DNA of 62,539 bases, filler included, from Candidatus Babelota bacterium (lineage in GTDB: Bacteria; JAGOBX01), in NCBI GenBank assembly GCA_017999075.1. It is 9 parts of 9 records of this genome, joined end to end, with 100 filler letters (N's around TTAATTAATTAA, not from the genome) between each part and the next. Parts side by side here need not be neighbours in the genome. Positions count along the whole stretch, not along the records: positions 1 to 6,917 come from JAGOBX010000189.1; positions 7,018 to 13,926 come from JAGOBX010000190.1; 7 more parts are not named here. One strand, written 5' to 3'. The position numbers and the translations under genes are program-made. The notes below the pieces were generated by a model. The model saw nothing but the letters and a program-made list of their open reading frames with translations, ran no database searches and was not told where the DNA came from. Of the stretch, positions 1 to 10,000 are shown piece by piece; the first letter of the stretch is position 1, and every line of letters begins with the position of its first letter.

Positions 1-231
1 GATTTCCATCAAATCCATATCGTTGTTTTCATTTTTTTCTTGGAAACTTACCGTAAATATTTTTGTATATGTCGCCTTTTTAATTTTAAAAATTACCTTA
101 ATTCTATCGCTCTTTCTTACTTTTTCGCGAAACGGATAAATTTCTATCGTAATTTTTTTTTGATTACTTATTTGATTGTTAGAACTCTCAATCAAAAAAT
201 TATTTCTTACTTTTAATTTTTCTTCAACCAT
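1..231 (-). CDS. Hypothetical protein, 3'-truncated at window edge (not in ORF track)
   Basis: Manual translation from ATG at 231 is open to position 1 (MVEEKLKVRNNFLIESS...DMDLMEI). Same strand as, and downstream of, the polymerase. Confidence 0.55.
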   Translation of the reverse strand, partial: MVEEKLKVRNNFLIESSNNQISNQKKITIEIYPFREKVRKSDRIKVIFKIKKATYTKIFTVSFQEKNENNDMDLMEI

Positions 232-265
232 TTTTCAATTTTTAAAATCCATAATAAAAATTTTC

Positions 266-897
266 TTGACTTTTTACGTCAATTTTTAACAGCAAAACTT
301 TGACTTTTTTTGTCAATTTCCACTTCAAAAAATTTGCGTTTTTTTGTCAATGTTTAACATCAAATCTTTCATCAAATTTTTTGAAAAACAATTCTTTTTC
401 AATTATTTTTCTACCCTCATCTCGACAATCATATTTATAACAATCATATATTGCTTGGCTGTAATAGTTTCTTATTTTTACATTTTTCCCTGCGACATCC
501 TCAATAATTTCATCATAAATAATCTCATAAAATTTAAAAAATTCTTCCAATTCAGCATCTTCAATATCTTCATTTTTGATTTCAATTTTTAGGATATTAT
601 TTTCATCTTGAACACCACACACATCGTTTTTTTCTTGCGCTTTACTGTCAAACTCAACAGCTAAAATTTGCGTTTTTTTGTCAACATTCTCCGAAATAAT
701 TTCTTGCGTTTTTTTGTCAAATTCAGTATCAGTAATTTGCGTTTCTATATGGGTTTCTTCTACAATATTTATTCCAACTTTATCCGAATATTCCATATTT
801 TTTTTATCACAATTTTCAATACTGTGGATTTTTTCTTTTTCATCACTTTGCGTTTTTTTGTCAATTTCAACATCTGCATCTTGCGTTTTTTTATCAA
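266..897. repeat. Array of 17-bp TTG(AC/CG)-N7-GTCAA motifs with 33-36 bp period
   Basis: Copies at 266-282, 300-316, 334-350, 635-651, 668-684, 704-720, 848-864 and 881-897 (last ends ATCAA), with degenerate copies at about 737 and 915. Inside the polymerase tail they encode DKKTQ-like repeats. Confidence 0.9.
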
Positions 898-3223
898 TTA
901 TTTTTACTAAAACATTGCGCAAATCTGTGATTTTTCCGCTAAATTCTTCACTTTCATTAATTTTATTTTCTTCATTTTCAATAATTGAATTTTCAATGTT
1001 TTCAAGTTTTTCAAGATTTTCGATTGAATTATTTTGAACGGAAATTACCTGAGTATCCGCATCATACGGCACGAGGTTACCGTCTTTATCAAACACAGAC
1101 TTCGCGCCTTTTGTCCATCGCCGCATCAACGCATACTCGGTTTTGATACGGACATCTGGGCAAACAATACCCATTGACTCAATCATTATTTTGCTAATGT
1201 TTTCCGCCTCAAATTTATGGTTGCAATTTTCAATAGGCAGCTCTACAATCACTTCGTCGTGGATAAAAGCAACACCCCTATAACCTCGCTTTATCAAATT
1301 ATATAACGCTATCTTCGCGCCATCCGCGGCCAGTCCCTGGAACTGTGTGTTTTTAGAATCACAATACCCAACACGCGCGCGAACTCTTCCGGTCAGGGTT
1401 ATTGCCGGCGCGATATCATCTATGATTGCTCGTAATAATTCAGAGCTTCCTGATTGGGTATAAATATTTCCGGTAAACTCGTTTTTGCGCTCAAAAACCA
1501 TTTCATTAAGCAATCCCCAAGCCCAATTTTTTTCAGCGTCTGTATATTTCCTTTCGTATTGTTTAGTGTGCGTATTTCCTGCCACAATCCCCATGAATGC
1601 AGCGCAGGCGTATGTGTTATTCCGCCCAGTTTCTTCATTGTAGGAAGAAAAATCATACCTTTTTTCAAGCTTTTCGCATGATAAAAACTCAGCCATTTCT
1701 GGGAATGTATCAAGCCAGATGCGTTTTAACTCTCCGCATCGTTCGAGAGTCAACCCAAGCCCGGAGATTATGCGAAACGTTTCCGAACCCATACCGCCTG
1801 GAAAGCCAAAATTGCATGCTTTTGCTGTTTTTCGTTCATCATCGGTTATTTCCGATATTGTTTTCTGATAAATCTTTGATGCAAACCAGCGGTGCAAATC
1901 ATCATCATTGTTTATCAAATCACGCATTACAGATTTGCCATAAATTATAAAGCATACTTGCGCAAGCGCAACCAGCTCAAGTTGTCTGTAATCAACGGCC
2001 AAAAAATAATAACCATCGGCAGGCACAAAGCAGCCGCGGATATTTCCCTTTGTAGGTAAATTTTGTAAATTTGGATTTGAACAAGATGCACGCCCCGTAA
2101 CTTTAAGAAGGTCGTAATATGCGTAAATTTTTTCAGCATGGAATTTAGAAAGGAAAGTAGACAGATTTTTTTCGCATTTTTTATAGCCAACATACGCCTT
2201 AACAAAAGGTATATTAATATAAGGCTTTAAATCATCAGCGCATTGAGTTATTTTATTTGTTTTATCTGTTACCGGCAGTTTAATATTATATTCATTTTGT
2301 ATAGAATTCATTATATCATTATATTTTACAGTGCAGCCTTTTTGCCCCGGCTCAAACCCTGATTTTTTTAATTCACACAGATATTGCATATATTGCTGCT
2401 TGATTTCTGCTTCTGTTTTAATTACATGTCGAATATCCACACATATTCCGCGTGTCATTATGTTTCCCAATGCGACATCACCCATTAACTGAATAGTATG
2501 CGTAAGCGGCCCGAAGTTTGTTGGCAATTTATATTCACTGATAATTTCAGTGCTCTCTTTCAGTAAGCGCTCTGTTGTTAGGTATGTCGCTATAGCGTCT
2601 TTTACTGCATAATCAATATAAACAGTAGGAATGTCATTATAGCGGACTGTTTTATCAGGATTCAAGTATTGCTCGAAATTCGTTCTTACCTCGTTGCCGC
2701 AGGCATCCATGGTGTCCTTGGTCAATTCAATTCCAAGAATATCTTGGCTTAAGATATCGAGCCGATACTTATGCGGCACGATACCTTTTTGGGCAATACC
2801 AATTAGCCGGTATAATATGCCCGGATCAATTATTTTACCACTTTCAATCTGGGCGCTGAAATCATAACCTGTCAGCTTGGACAACACGGCTATATCAAAT
2901 TTAGCGTTCTGCATATAAATCGTTGAATCACGGTGAGCTTCCAGGAATTCCAGGGCATACTTCCTTGTCAACAAATACGCGGCATTTCCATTAAACACAG
3001 TGCCAATAACAAACTCAGGAACATAACCATCACGGACACTCTCAGTTTCGGTATCGATGGCAAAGACTGGTCCAATATATCCGGGCTGTGTTTGGGCAGG
3101 CACTTCTGCGTTTAGCCATGGCTTCCAAACAGTTACAGGATACGCTTTACCATCAAACAGGACACTTATATCATTGCTTTTCTTATTACTGTCCTTATTA
3201 AAATGCGGCTTATTCGAAGTCAT
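347..3223 (-). CDS. Family A DNA polymerase (phage/MGE type: 3'-5' exonuclease plus polymerase, no 5'-3' exonuclease) with acidic repetitive C-terminal tail
   Basis: ExoI AIDTETE, ExoII QNAKFD, ExoIII YAVKDA; TGRASCSNPNLQNLP; motif A VDYRQLEL; motif B RKTAKACNFG; motif C FIHDEV. Start placed at ATG 3223 because GGAGG lies 9 nt upstream. Confidence 0.92.
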   Translation of the reverse strand: MTSNKPHFNKDSNKKSNDISVLFDGKAYPVTVWKPWLNAEVPAQTQPGYIGPVFAIDTETESVRDGYVPEFVIGTVFNGNAAYLLTRKYALEFLEAHRDSTIYMQNAKFDIAVLSKLTGYDFSAQIESGKIIDPGILYRLIGIAQKGIVPHKYRLDILSQDILGIELTKDTMDACGNEVRTNFEQYLNPDKTVRYNDIPTVYIDYAVKDAIATYLTTERLLKESTEIISEYKLPTNFGPLTHTIQLMGDVALGNIMTRGICVDIRHVIKTEAEIKQQYMQYLCELKKSGFEPGQKGCTVKYNDIMNSIQNEYNIKLPVTDKTNKITQCADDLKPYINIPFVKAYVGYKKCEKNLSTFLSKFHAEKIYAYYDLLKVTGRASCSNPNLQNLPTKGNIRGCFVPADGYYFLAVDYRQLELVALAQVCFIIYGKSVMRDLINNDDDLHRWFASKIYQKTISEITDDERKTAKACNFGFPGGMGSETFRIISGLGLTLERCGELKRIWLDTFPEMAEFLSCEKLEKRYDFSSYNEETGRNNTYACAAFMGIVAGNTHTKQYERKYTDAEKNWAWGLLNEMVFERKNEFTGNIYTQSGSSELLRAIIDDIAPAITLTGRVRARVGYCDSKNTQFQGLAADGAKIALYNLIKRGYRGVAFIHDEVIVELPIENCNHKFEAENISKIMIESMGIVCPDVRIKTEYALMRRWTKGAKSVFDKDGNLVPYDADTQVISVQNNSIENLEKLENIENSIIENEENKINESEEFSGKITDLRNVLVKIIDKKTQDADVEIDKKTQSDEKEKIHSIENCDKKNMEYSDKVGINIVEETHIETQITDTEFDKKTQEIISENVDKKTQILAVEFDSKAQEKNDVCGVQDENNILKIEIKNEDIEDAELEEFFKFYEIIYDEIIEDVAGKNVKIRNYYSQAIYDCYKYDCRDEGRKIIEKELFFKKFDERFDVKH

Positions 3224-6200
3224 AATTATTACCTCCATTAGCTACCGGCGCTTCTTCCGGCAAACCCTCAGAATTTCCCTTATCTACCGCAACTACCGAA
3301 TCGCTTTCCTTACCTATAATTTCTGGTATGAAATTTTTTAAAAGATTTTTTTGTTCAGAAAAATCTGGGTCTGTTTTTGATTCGGTAGTTGCGGTAGTTT
3401 CTGTGGCGCTGTGTTTTATGTGGGTTTCAGTGCCCGCAACTACTACCGAACTATGTTTTTTTGCTTCCTGAGATTCGGAAATCGGGCTGATTTCTTCAAT
3501 TTTCGCCGGTAAAACAGGTGTTATATCGGTTTTATCAGGTATGATTATAGGTGCCGCTGTTTCCATAAATGCCCATTCGAATCCATTATGTGTTTTGTTT
3601 TCCCGATTTTTAAGCATAAAAAAACGCCCGCCCTCGCCCGTTCCGGAACCTGTGCTTATGGAAGTTTCTTCGTAGCGGCGGAAAATATTCCCTATGTATA
3701 TAGCTTTCCCGTGGTTGCGTTTATTCATTAGGTCAGGCAGTAGTTGCTTGGATTCCGCGAGAATCGCCCAATCCTTGGGCTCCTTAAATTCGTTCGGATT
3801 ACCAAGAGCCAACTCAAGCAAGTCTTGAAGTTCCGCGTTCATTTCATTTTCTGATTCCTCCATATTCGAAAGAAACTTATCATAGCCGCTGCACATAAGA
3901 ATTCCCCCTATAGTCTCTGCCCATATATTACAGCGATGATTAACATCATTACGGATCGGCATACCTTGTTGTTTGAAAATTTCTATCATTCCGCGCAGTT
4001 CGGCGATAATATCTGTTCTGTGTTTAGTAATAAAACCATCAATATCTTTTGTTGCCCCGAACTTCCTTTTGCGTGGATTCCCTCCGTAATATAAATTAAC
4101 AGGAATCGTACGTGTGATTAAATCTCGGCAGAGTTGTGCATCATTCATCGTATATAAAAACAAACAGTTGTTTAATTTCTCAAAAAATTTGCTAAACCCT
4201 AATATTCGTGTGCTTATACGCGGTAGAGTCATACACTTTTCAAGAAATGGTGAGCTGATTACTCGAACGCGCTTACTTGTTTTTGCATTGTCAACAATAA
4301 TTGTCCGGAAACCTTTTATTAAATTAGACCCTATCCGTTTTTCGAATTCGACCTCGTCTTCTATATAATTGACAGCGTCTGCCTTAGCATTTTCTGTTAT
4401 TGTATATGAGATAAATGCTAATTGGCTTTTACCTATTCCCGGTTGATTCCCGTTAAACACAACACCGGGGCGTGTGCCTATAAAATGATTTGGGAGTTGT
4501 GTGTCAATAAGGTGTCCAATATAATTATGTTTGTCCGCTTCACATTTCCAGCAAAAGTCTTTCAGCAGCGTTTCAAGATATACTTTCTCATACGAAATTC
4601 TATCGTCTGAGCCAAGCACATAAATTTTTTCTGCGGAATTATATCCCTTTTTTACAAGCGTAAAACTGGAAGAATAAACCGGCTCATTTGATATTGTTTC
4701 TATTTGGTGGTAGTTTTCTTTTATTTCAGGAGATTCTATGTACGCTTGCGTTTTATCAAGTGGTAAGATTTTAGCTTCGCTATTTAATTCTTTGCCGACT
4801 TTTTTTATCTCGATATACTCAAAACAACTTTGGAATAAAGAACGGCATTTAGTTGCTGTATCAATAACGCGATATTTTTTATTATTTATTTGTAATAAAA
4901 AATCTCCATACGAAAATATATTTGCTTTTGATAGCAATGTTTCAGTTATCATTCGGAAGAGATCGCCCACTACTTGGGCGTGGGAAGAAAATATTATTGT
5001 TTCCTTTTCCGACAATATATTTTTATAGACAACATTTAAATTTTGTAAAATTTTCGGTTGAATATCTTTATCTATGATATATTTGAATAAATTTAGCAGA
5101 GAATATGTCTTCGGCTTATTCCCGCAGCCTTTCCAACAAGTTCCAATAAAATCTTTTAATTCGTGAGATTGTGTCGTAGCGGGTTCATTGTGATATGCGC
5201 AAGAAGCTGTCTTGATCTTAACATTGCCAAATATATTTTTATAGTAATTATAATACGGCTCGATTCGCAATGAATTTATAATTTCTTTCAGGTCTTGAAT
5301 ACTATAGCTTTTTGCCGACGATATTATCTGCTTAACAGCTAAGTTGTTATGCGGTAAGACATATCCGACAGGATATGTAAAGCCAAAGGAATCGTAAGCA
5401 TAAGGAATAAATAGCAGTGTTGATAAATCTTTATAGATATTTTTGATTTTATCTAAATCGGTAGCATTCGTATAAGATTTATTAAGTTCGATTATTAGAT
5501 TAAACCCTATTCCAAAATCACTAATTTCGCAACATGGAAATAATCCTGTTAAAAAATTAATAATTTTAGTATCGTTGATTGTAGCGGTATTAAATATATC
5601 TTTTAATACAGTAAAACATAGTTTTTCAATAGATTTTATTGTCTTACTGGCGCTATTTATTATTTGTTCACCTCCAGTAATTCCGCCATTTATAAATTTT
5701 TCATATGTGCTTGCGCCGTCCATTAATAGTGTGAAGGATTTAGGAGTTGCTGGGGGGTCGGTCGAGTTTTGAGATATATTGATTGTTGTGTCCGAATGAT
5801 TTACAGAAGTAATTTGATATAAACTTTGATTTGTAACCATACTTGTTTTAGTGTAAGCAGTTTTTAAATTATTTACATTGCTCGGTTTCTTATATCTTGG
5901 TGCATTCATTTGTCCATTTTTTAAAATAATATCGCAGTTTTTAACTTTTAATTTAAATCTTGCAACAAGAATTTCAATTTGTTCGGTTGTGTTTTTTTTA
6001 CTTTCAATGTTTTCTAAAATTTCTGATAAATTTGGTGCGGAGAATGTATTCGTGGCGGAATCAAAAATTAAAAATGAATTGTTAGTGTCAAAATCCTGCA
6101 TGCAGATTGGCACAGTTACTACATCACCATATTCGGCGACGTCGTTTATATAGTTGCATTTGGGATAAACTTGTTTCAAAAATATCAATCCTTGCTCGGA

Positions 6201-6761
6201 TAAATCATCAATTTCCTTCAAAAAACGAAAAACAACTTTTCGCAAAGATGCCGCGTTAACAGCGCTTTTAAAAAATAACCATGTTTGTATTTCGGTTTCG
6301 CTGGTTTTTAAATAAGATAAATTCAGACCAAATTTTTCGAATTGTTCGGAAACCAATTTTATTTCTTCATGCATTAATGATTGACTTTGTTGCTCACAAG
6401 AGAATTCAAGAACTGCTGCAAAGCAGTGCTTGTTATCGTTAAATAAATAAGTACCGAGCCTTTCTTTGTTTTTTAGAGCTTGTTCAATATTTTTTTCAGT
6501 TGGTGCCATATATAATTTATATACACACTCGCGACAGCTGATTTTATTGCCCACAAAATATTTACTTTTACAACAGTTTTTCCTAAATCGATTTGCGCAT
6601 TTAATAACGTTTATTTTTTTGCCTTCTTTATCAGTTATTATGGTTGTAAACATTTTTTTATCTCTAAAAAATAGTTGTTTTATCGCGTTTATATCCTCAT
6701 TTGTTTTTTCTATTTCCATTTCTTTTCCCGTTTCTTTTTTTATATCGTTTTCATTTTCCAT
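3210..6761 (-). CDS. Primase/helicase-like multidomain protein: degenerate AEP-like (TOTE-type) N-terminus, CHC2-like Zn finger, P-loop ATPase
   Basis: Cys-rich N-terminus (CANR..CC..CREC) then LGTYLF..HCFAAVLEF; CAYH...CWKGCG; Walker A GNQPGIGKS; Walker B-like IIVDN; RDLITR. Overlaps the polymerase start. Confidence 0.65.
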   Translation of the reverse strand: MENENDIKKETGKEMEIEKTNEDINAIKQLFFRDKKMFTTIITDKEGKKINVIKCANRFRKNCCKSKYFVGNKISCRECVYKLYMAPTEKNIEQALKNKERLGTYLFNDNKHCFAAVLEFSCEQQSQSLMHEEIKLVSEQFEKFGLNLSYLKTSETEIQTWLFFKSAVNAASLRKVVFRFLKEIDDLSEQGLIFLKQVYPKCNYINDVAEYGDVVTVPICMQDFDTNNSFLIFDSATNTFSAPNLSEILENIESKKNTTEQIEILVARFKLKVKNCDIILKNGQMNAPRYKKPSNVNNLKTAYTKTSMVTNQSLYQITSVNHSDTTINISQNSTDPPATPKSFTLLMDGASTYEKFINGGITGGEQIINSASKTIKSIEKLCFTVLKDIFNTATINDTKIINFLTGLFPCCEISDFGIGFNLIIELNKSYTNATDLDKIKNIYKDLSTLLFIPYAYDSFGFTYPVGYVLPHNNLAVKQIISSAKSYSIQDLKEIINSLRIEPYYNYYKNIFGNVKIKTASCAYHNEPATTQSHELKDFIGTCWKGCGNKPKTYSLLNLFKYIIDKDIQPKILQNLNVVYKNILSEKETIIFSSHAQVVGDLFRMITETLLSKANIFSYGDFLLQINNKKYRVIDTATKCRSLFQSCFEYIEIKKVGKELNSEAKILPLDKTQAYIESPEIKENYHQIETISNEPVYSSSFTLVKKGYNSAEKIYVLGSDDRISYEKVYLETLLKDFCWKCEADKHNYIGHLIDTQLPNHFIGTRPGVVFNGNQPGIGKSQLAFISYTITENAKADAVNYIEDEVEFEKRIGSNLIKGFRTIIVDNAKTSKRVRVISSPFLEKCMTLPRISTRILGFSKFFEKLNNCLFLYTMNDAQLCRDLITRTIPVNLYYGGNPRKRKFGATKDIDGFITKHRTDIIAELRGMIEIFKQQGMPIRNDVNHRCNIWAETIGGILMCSGYDKFLSNMEESENEMNAELQDLLELALGNPNEFKEPKDWAILAESKQLLPDLMNKRNHGKAIYIGNIFRRYEETSISTGSGTGEGGRFFMLKNRENKTHNGFEWAFMETAAPIIIPDKTDITPVLPAKIEEISPISESQEAKKHSSVVVAGTETHIKHSATETTATTESKTDPDFSEQKNLLKNFIPEIIGKESDSVVAVDKGNSEGLPEEAPVANGGNNYDFE

Positions 6762-6917
6762 TTCTTTCTCCTTTTTATTTTTTAAAAAAAATTTAAATTA
6801 ACTTTTTAGTTTTAATTTATGCAAACAATAAATAATAAACTGTAATAAAAAAAGTTTTTAGCGATGACGTTTTTTTTTTTTGAAAAAAAAATCCTTTTTC
6901 TTTTTAAAAATTAGATT

Positions 6918-7017
6918 NNNNNNNNNNNNNNNNNNNNNNNNNNNNNNNNNNNNNNNNNNNNTTAATTAATTAANNNNNNNNNNNNNNNNNNNNNNNNNNN
7001 NNNNNNNNNNNNNNNNN
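6918..7017. other. Artificial contig spacer N44-TTAATTAATTAA-N44 (also at 13927, 20907, 27877, 34845, 41788, 48712 and 55630)
   Basis: Identical 100-bp six-frame-stop linkers separate contigs of steadily decreasing length. Confidence 0.99.
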
Positions 7018-10000
7018 AATTCCTGAATCTTCCCGAATTGCTGTTTGTTTCAACAAGCACTACAGGAATCGAACACGAGCTGTTTGTGCTCGCAATATTA
7101 TTGTTTATCAGGTAAACCAGCATAGTATCTGAAGTGTTTGGGTTCAAATCAACTGCCGCAGCTTCAATGTAAATATTAGAGTTAGGCAGAATGTCGCTGT
7201 TCAGAGCTGAAGTGTAATTTGATTCTTTGAATTCTATGTTTGTTATGTTTGCAGGAGATACAGAGTTTTGTATTGTAATGGTATCTGTTTGAGTATCGCT
7301 GCCTGAATTTCCCGCAGCTTCAATTGTAATAATAGTTCCGGCATTTACAGCATACAAATAGCGTTCGTTAATATCAGAATAATTTGCTATTTTGAAATAA
7401 CCTTGAAATTTACCTGAATTTTCTTCTGTTTCTGTTAGTATTAAAGTTATTCCGTTTTCGTCGTCTGAAGAAAATGCGCGGCATATTAAAGTATCTATTG
7501 TTATAGAATTACCGTCTCTGCCGTTTGCTTCAACATATAAAAATGAATTCGTACTGATATTTCCATATAATGCTGATGAATAATTTGAAACCATAAATCT
7601 TATATTGTCTAAAACAATAGGAAAAGAAGGAATTGTTACTTTGATTGTATCAGATTTAGTTAAAGCTGTAACAGTTAAAGTGTCGCCGTAATTTGACTTT
7701 AATAATCCGATTGTTTTATTTGTAACATCTCCGAGTTGAGCTGTACCTCTGAATTTTCCGCTGTTTCCATTAGTTTCATATAAAGTTATTGGAATAGAAC
7801 AATTTGTGTTTGAAGAAGAAATATTGTTATTTGTTAAATAAGCAATTAAAGTATCTGAAGTGTTCGGATTTAAATCTAATGCGATTGCTTCTATATATAA
7901 TTTTGAATTTGGTAAAAGTTCATTTGATAAGTCTGATGTATAATCGGAATTTTTAAATTCTATATTTGCTACCTGAACAGGAGATTGAGAATATTGAATT
8001 GTGATTTTATTTGTTAAAGTTTCTGAACCGTCATAGCTTAAAGCGTAAACTGAAATTTCTGAACCAGGCATATATGCTTTTAAATAATCAAAAAAATCGT
8101 CGCTGAAAGTTGATAAAGTGAAAAAACCTCTTAATCGTCCAGTATTATTGGAGGTTTCAGTTAGAGAAATGTTTATTCCAGCAGGATCTTCGGTAGATAT
8201 GGCCCTGCATACAAGAGTATCAACAGTTAAAGGATTTGCATCAACACCATTTATTTCAATATAAATATTTGAATTCGGACCAATATGGCCGGTTAATTCT
8301 TCAGAGTAAGTTGAATTCATAAAACGTATGTTATCAAGAAAAGTTTCAGGAGGTCTTGGAATTGTAATATGGGCAATGTGCGATTTATCTGAAACAATTA
8401 CTGTTAAACTGTCGCCGTAATAAGCTTTCAATAATCCTATTGTTTTATTAGTAGCGTCTCCAAGATTTGCAGTGTTTCTGAATATGCCTGCATTACTGTT
8501 TATTTCAGTTAATATTATAGGAATTGAACATGACGGATTTGTTTGAGATATAGAATTGTTTATAACATAAACCATCATAGTGTCAATAGTATTTGAATTT
8601 AAATCTACTGCAGCAGCTTCGATGTATAATGTTGAGCTTGGAAGTATCTCTGATGTAAGCGTTGAAGTATAATTATTTTCACGGAATTCAACATTATTTA
8701 TAACAACAGGAGATGTAGGTAATTGAATTATGATTTCGTCAGTTCTTGTATCAGTTCCTGTAGAATTAGTAGCTTTTACTGTAATGGTACATCCTGATAA
8801 AACTGCTTTTAAATAATCACGTATATCATCAGAAAAATTTAATAGTTTAAAAGCTCCTCTGTATTGACCGCTGTTTTTTTCTGTTTCTATCAGTGTTAAT
8901 GTTATTCCTGTAGTATCTTCTGAAGAATAAGCTATGCAAAGCATTGTATCGATTGTTAGATCGCTGCCGTCTGAACCTCGAGCTTCAATGTATAGCATAT
9001 ATTCTGGAGGCACGCTTCCTGAAAGTTCAGAATTATAGTCTGATTGCATAAACCGTAAACTATTAAGATTTAATGGTTGTTTGATTGAAGCGACTTGTAT
9101 ATATCTTGGATGCGGGTTCATTGAAGTAGTATCGCAAGCCGGATCATTTATTTCGATTTTTATTGAATCTCCTGCTGAAACACCTAATTCACTTCGTGTA
9201 ATATTGGAAAAATCAGCTAATTTGAATTCACCGTAATATTTTCCTGAGTTTATACTTGATTCTGTTAATGTTATTGTAATATATTCGCCTGCTGCTGCAG
9301 ATTCATTGGTGATTTTAATTGATGTTGTGTCTGCGATAGCATTGTTTCCATAATCTCCTATAGCTTCAAGATATATTGATGAGTTATTTTCAATATTTCC
9401 AAAGTTAGGTATTGGTGAAGTTTGACCTGAAGATAAATATGCGTTTAATGCGTATAGAAACGTGGGAGATTTAGGGATTCCTATTGATAATGAAGAACGT
9501 ATTGAGGTATCATTATATAAAGTCAATGAAATGATATCTCCGGGCAACCCTAAAATATAATTGTTTCCATTATCAGTAAAATAATATATTTTAGGTTGTG
9601 GAGTTTGAGCGCTTATTTTATAAATTTCACTTCCTACGGCTGTTTCGGTCAGCATAATAGTTATACTGTCATCAGATACGCCTGTTATGGAATTTAAATT
9701 TCTATGGATAGTTATAAGTTTTGTATCAGTTAAAACCGCAGCTGAAGCATTTTCTGCAGCTGTCAGTTTTATATACATATTGTCTCCTGGAACTAAATCG
9801 CTGCTCAATTCAACGTCAGTTGAAGAATTTGAATAAAATTTTAAACTTAAAACATATTGATCTTCAGGTTGTTTGTAATTCTCAACATATAATCTTGTTA
9901 ATGCGCTGTCTCCAGTAACTCTTCCGAAAATTTGTATTGTGTCAGGACGCAACGCTTCAAGTTCTGATCTTCCGTCGTATTTATTAACTACTATTTGTTT

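Larger units (their letters stand above)
1..6917 (-). mobile_element. Probable prophage/plasmid/integrative-element replication region
   Basis: Coupled primase-helicase-like gene and non-housekeeping PolA plus a repeat array. No integrase or structural genes on this contig. Confidence 0.55.

Noticed and set aside
266-897. Possible CRISPR array
   Set aside because: The repeat is only 17 bp, intervening segments are 16-19 bp or irregular, most copies lie in a coding frame, and there are no cas genes.
344-6801. Many short ORFs overlapping the polymerase and primase genes (mostly plus strand), and similar shadow ORFs across the window
   Set aside because: Antisense or alternate-frame shadows of well-supported genes; Phe/Ile/Ser-rich with no motifs.
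6918-7017. Recurrent TTAATTAATTAA palindrome flanked by Ns
   Set aside because: Artificial six-frame-stop contig spacer. ORF ends reading XXX-LIN or XXX-N are artefacts.
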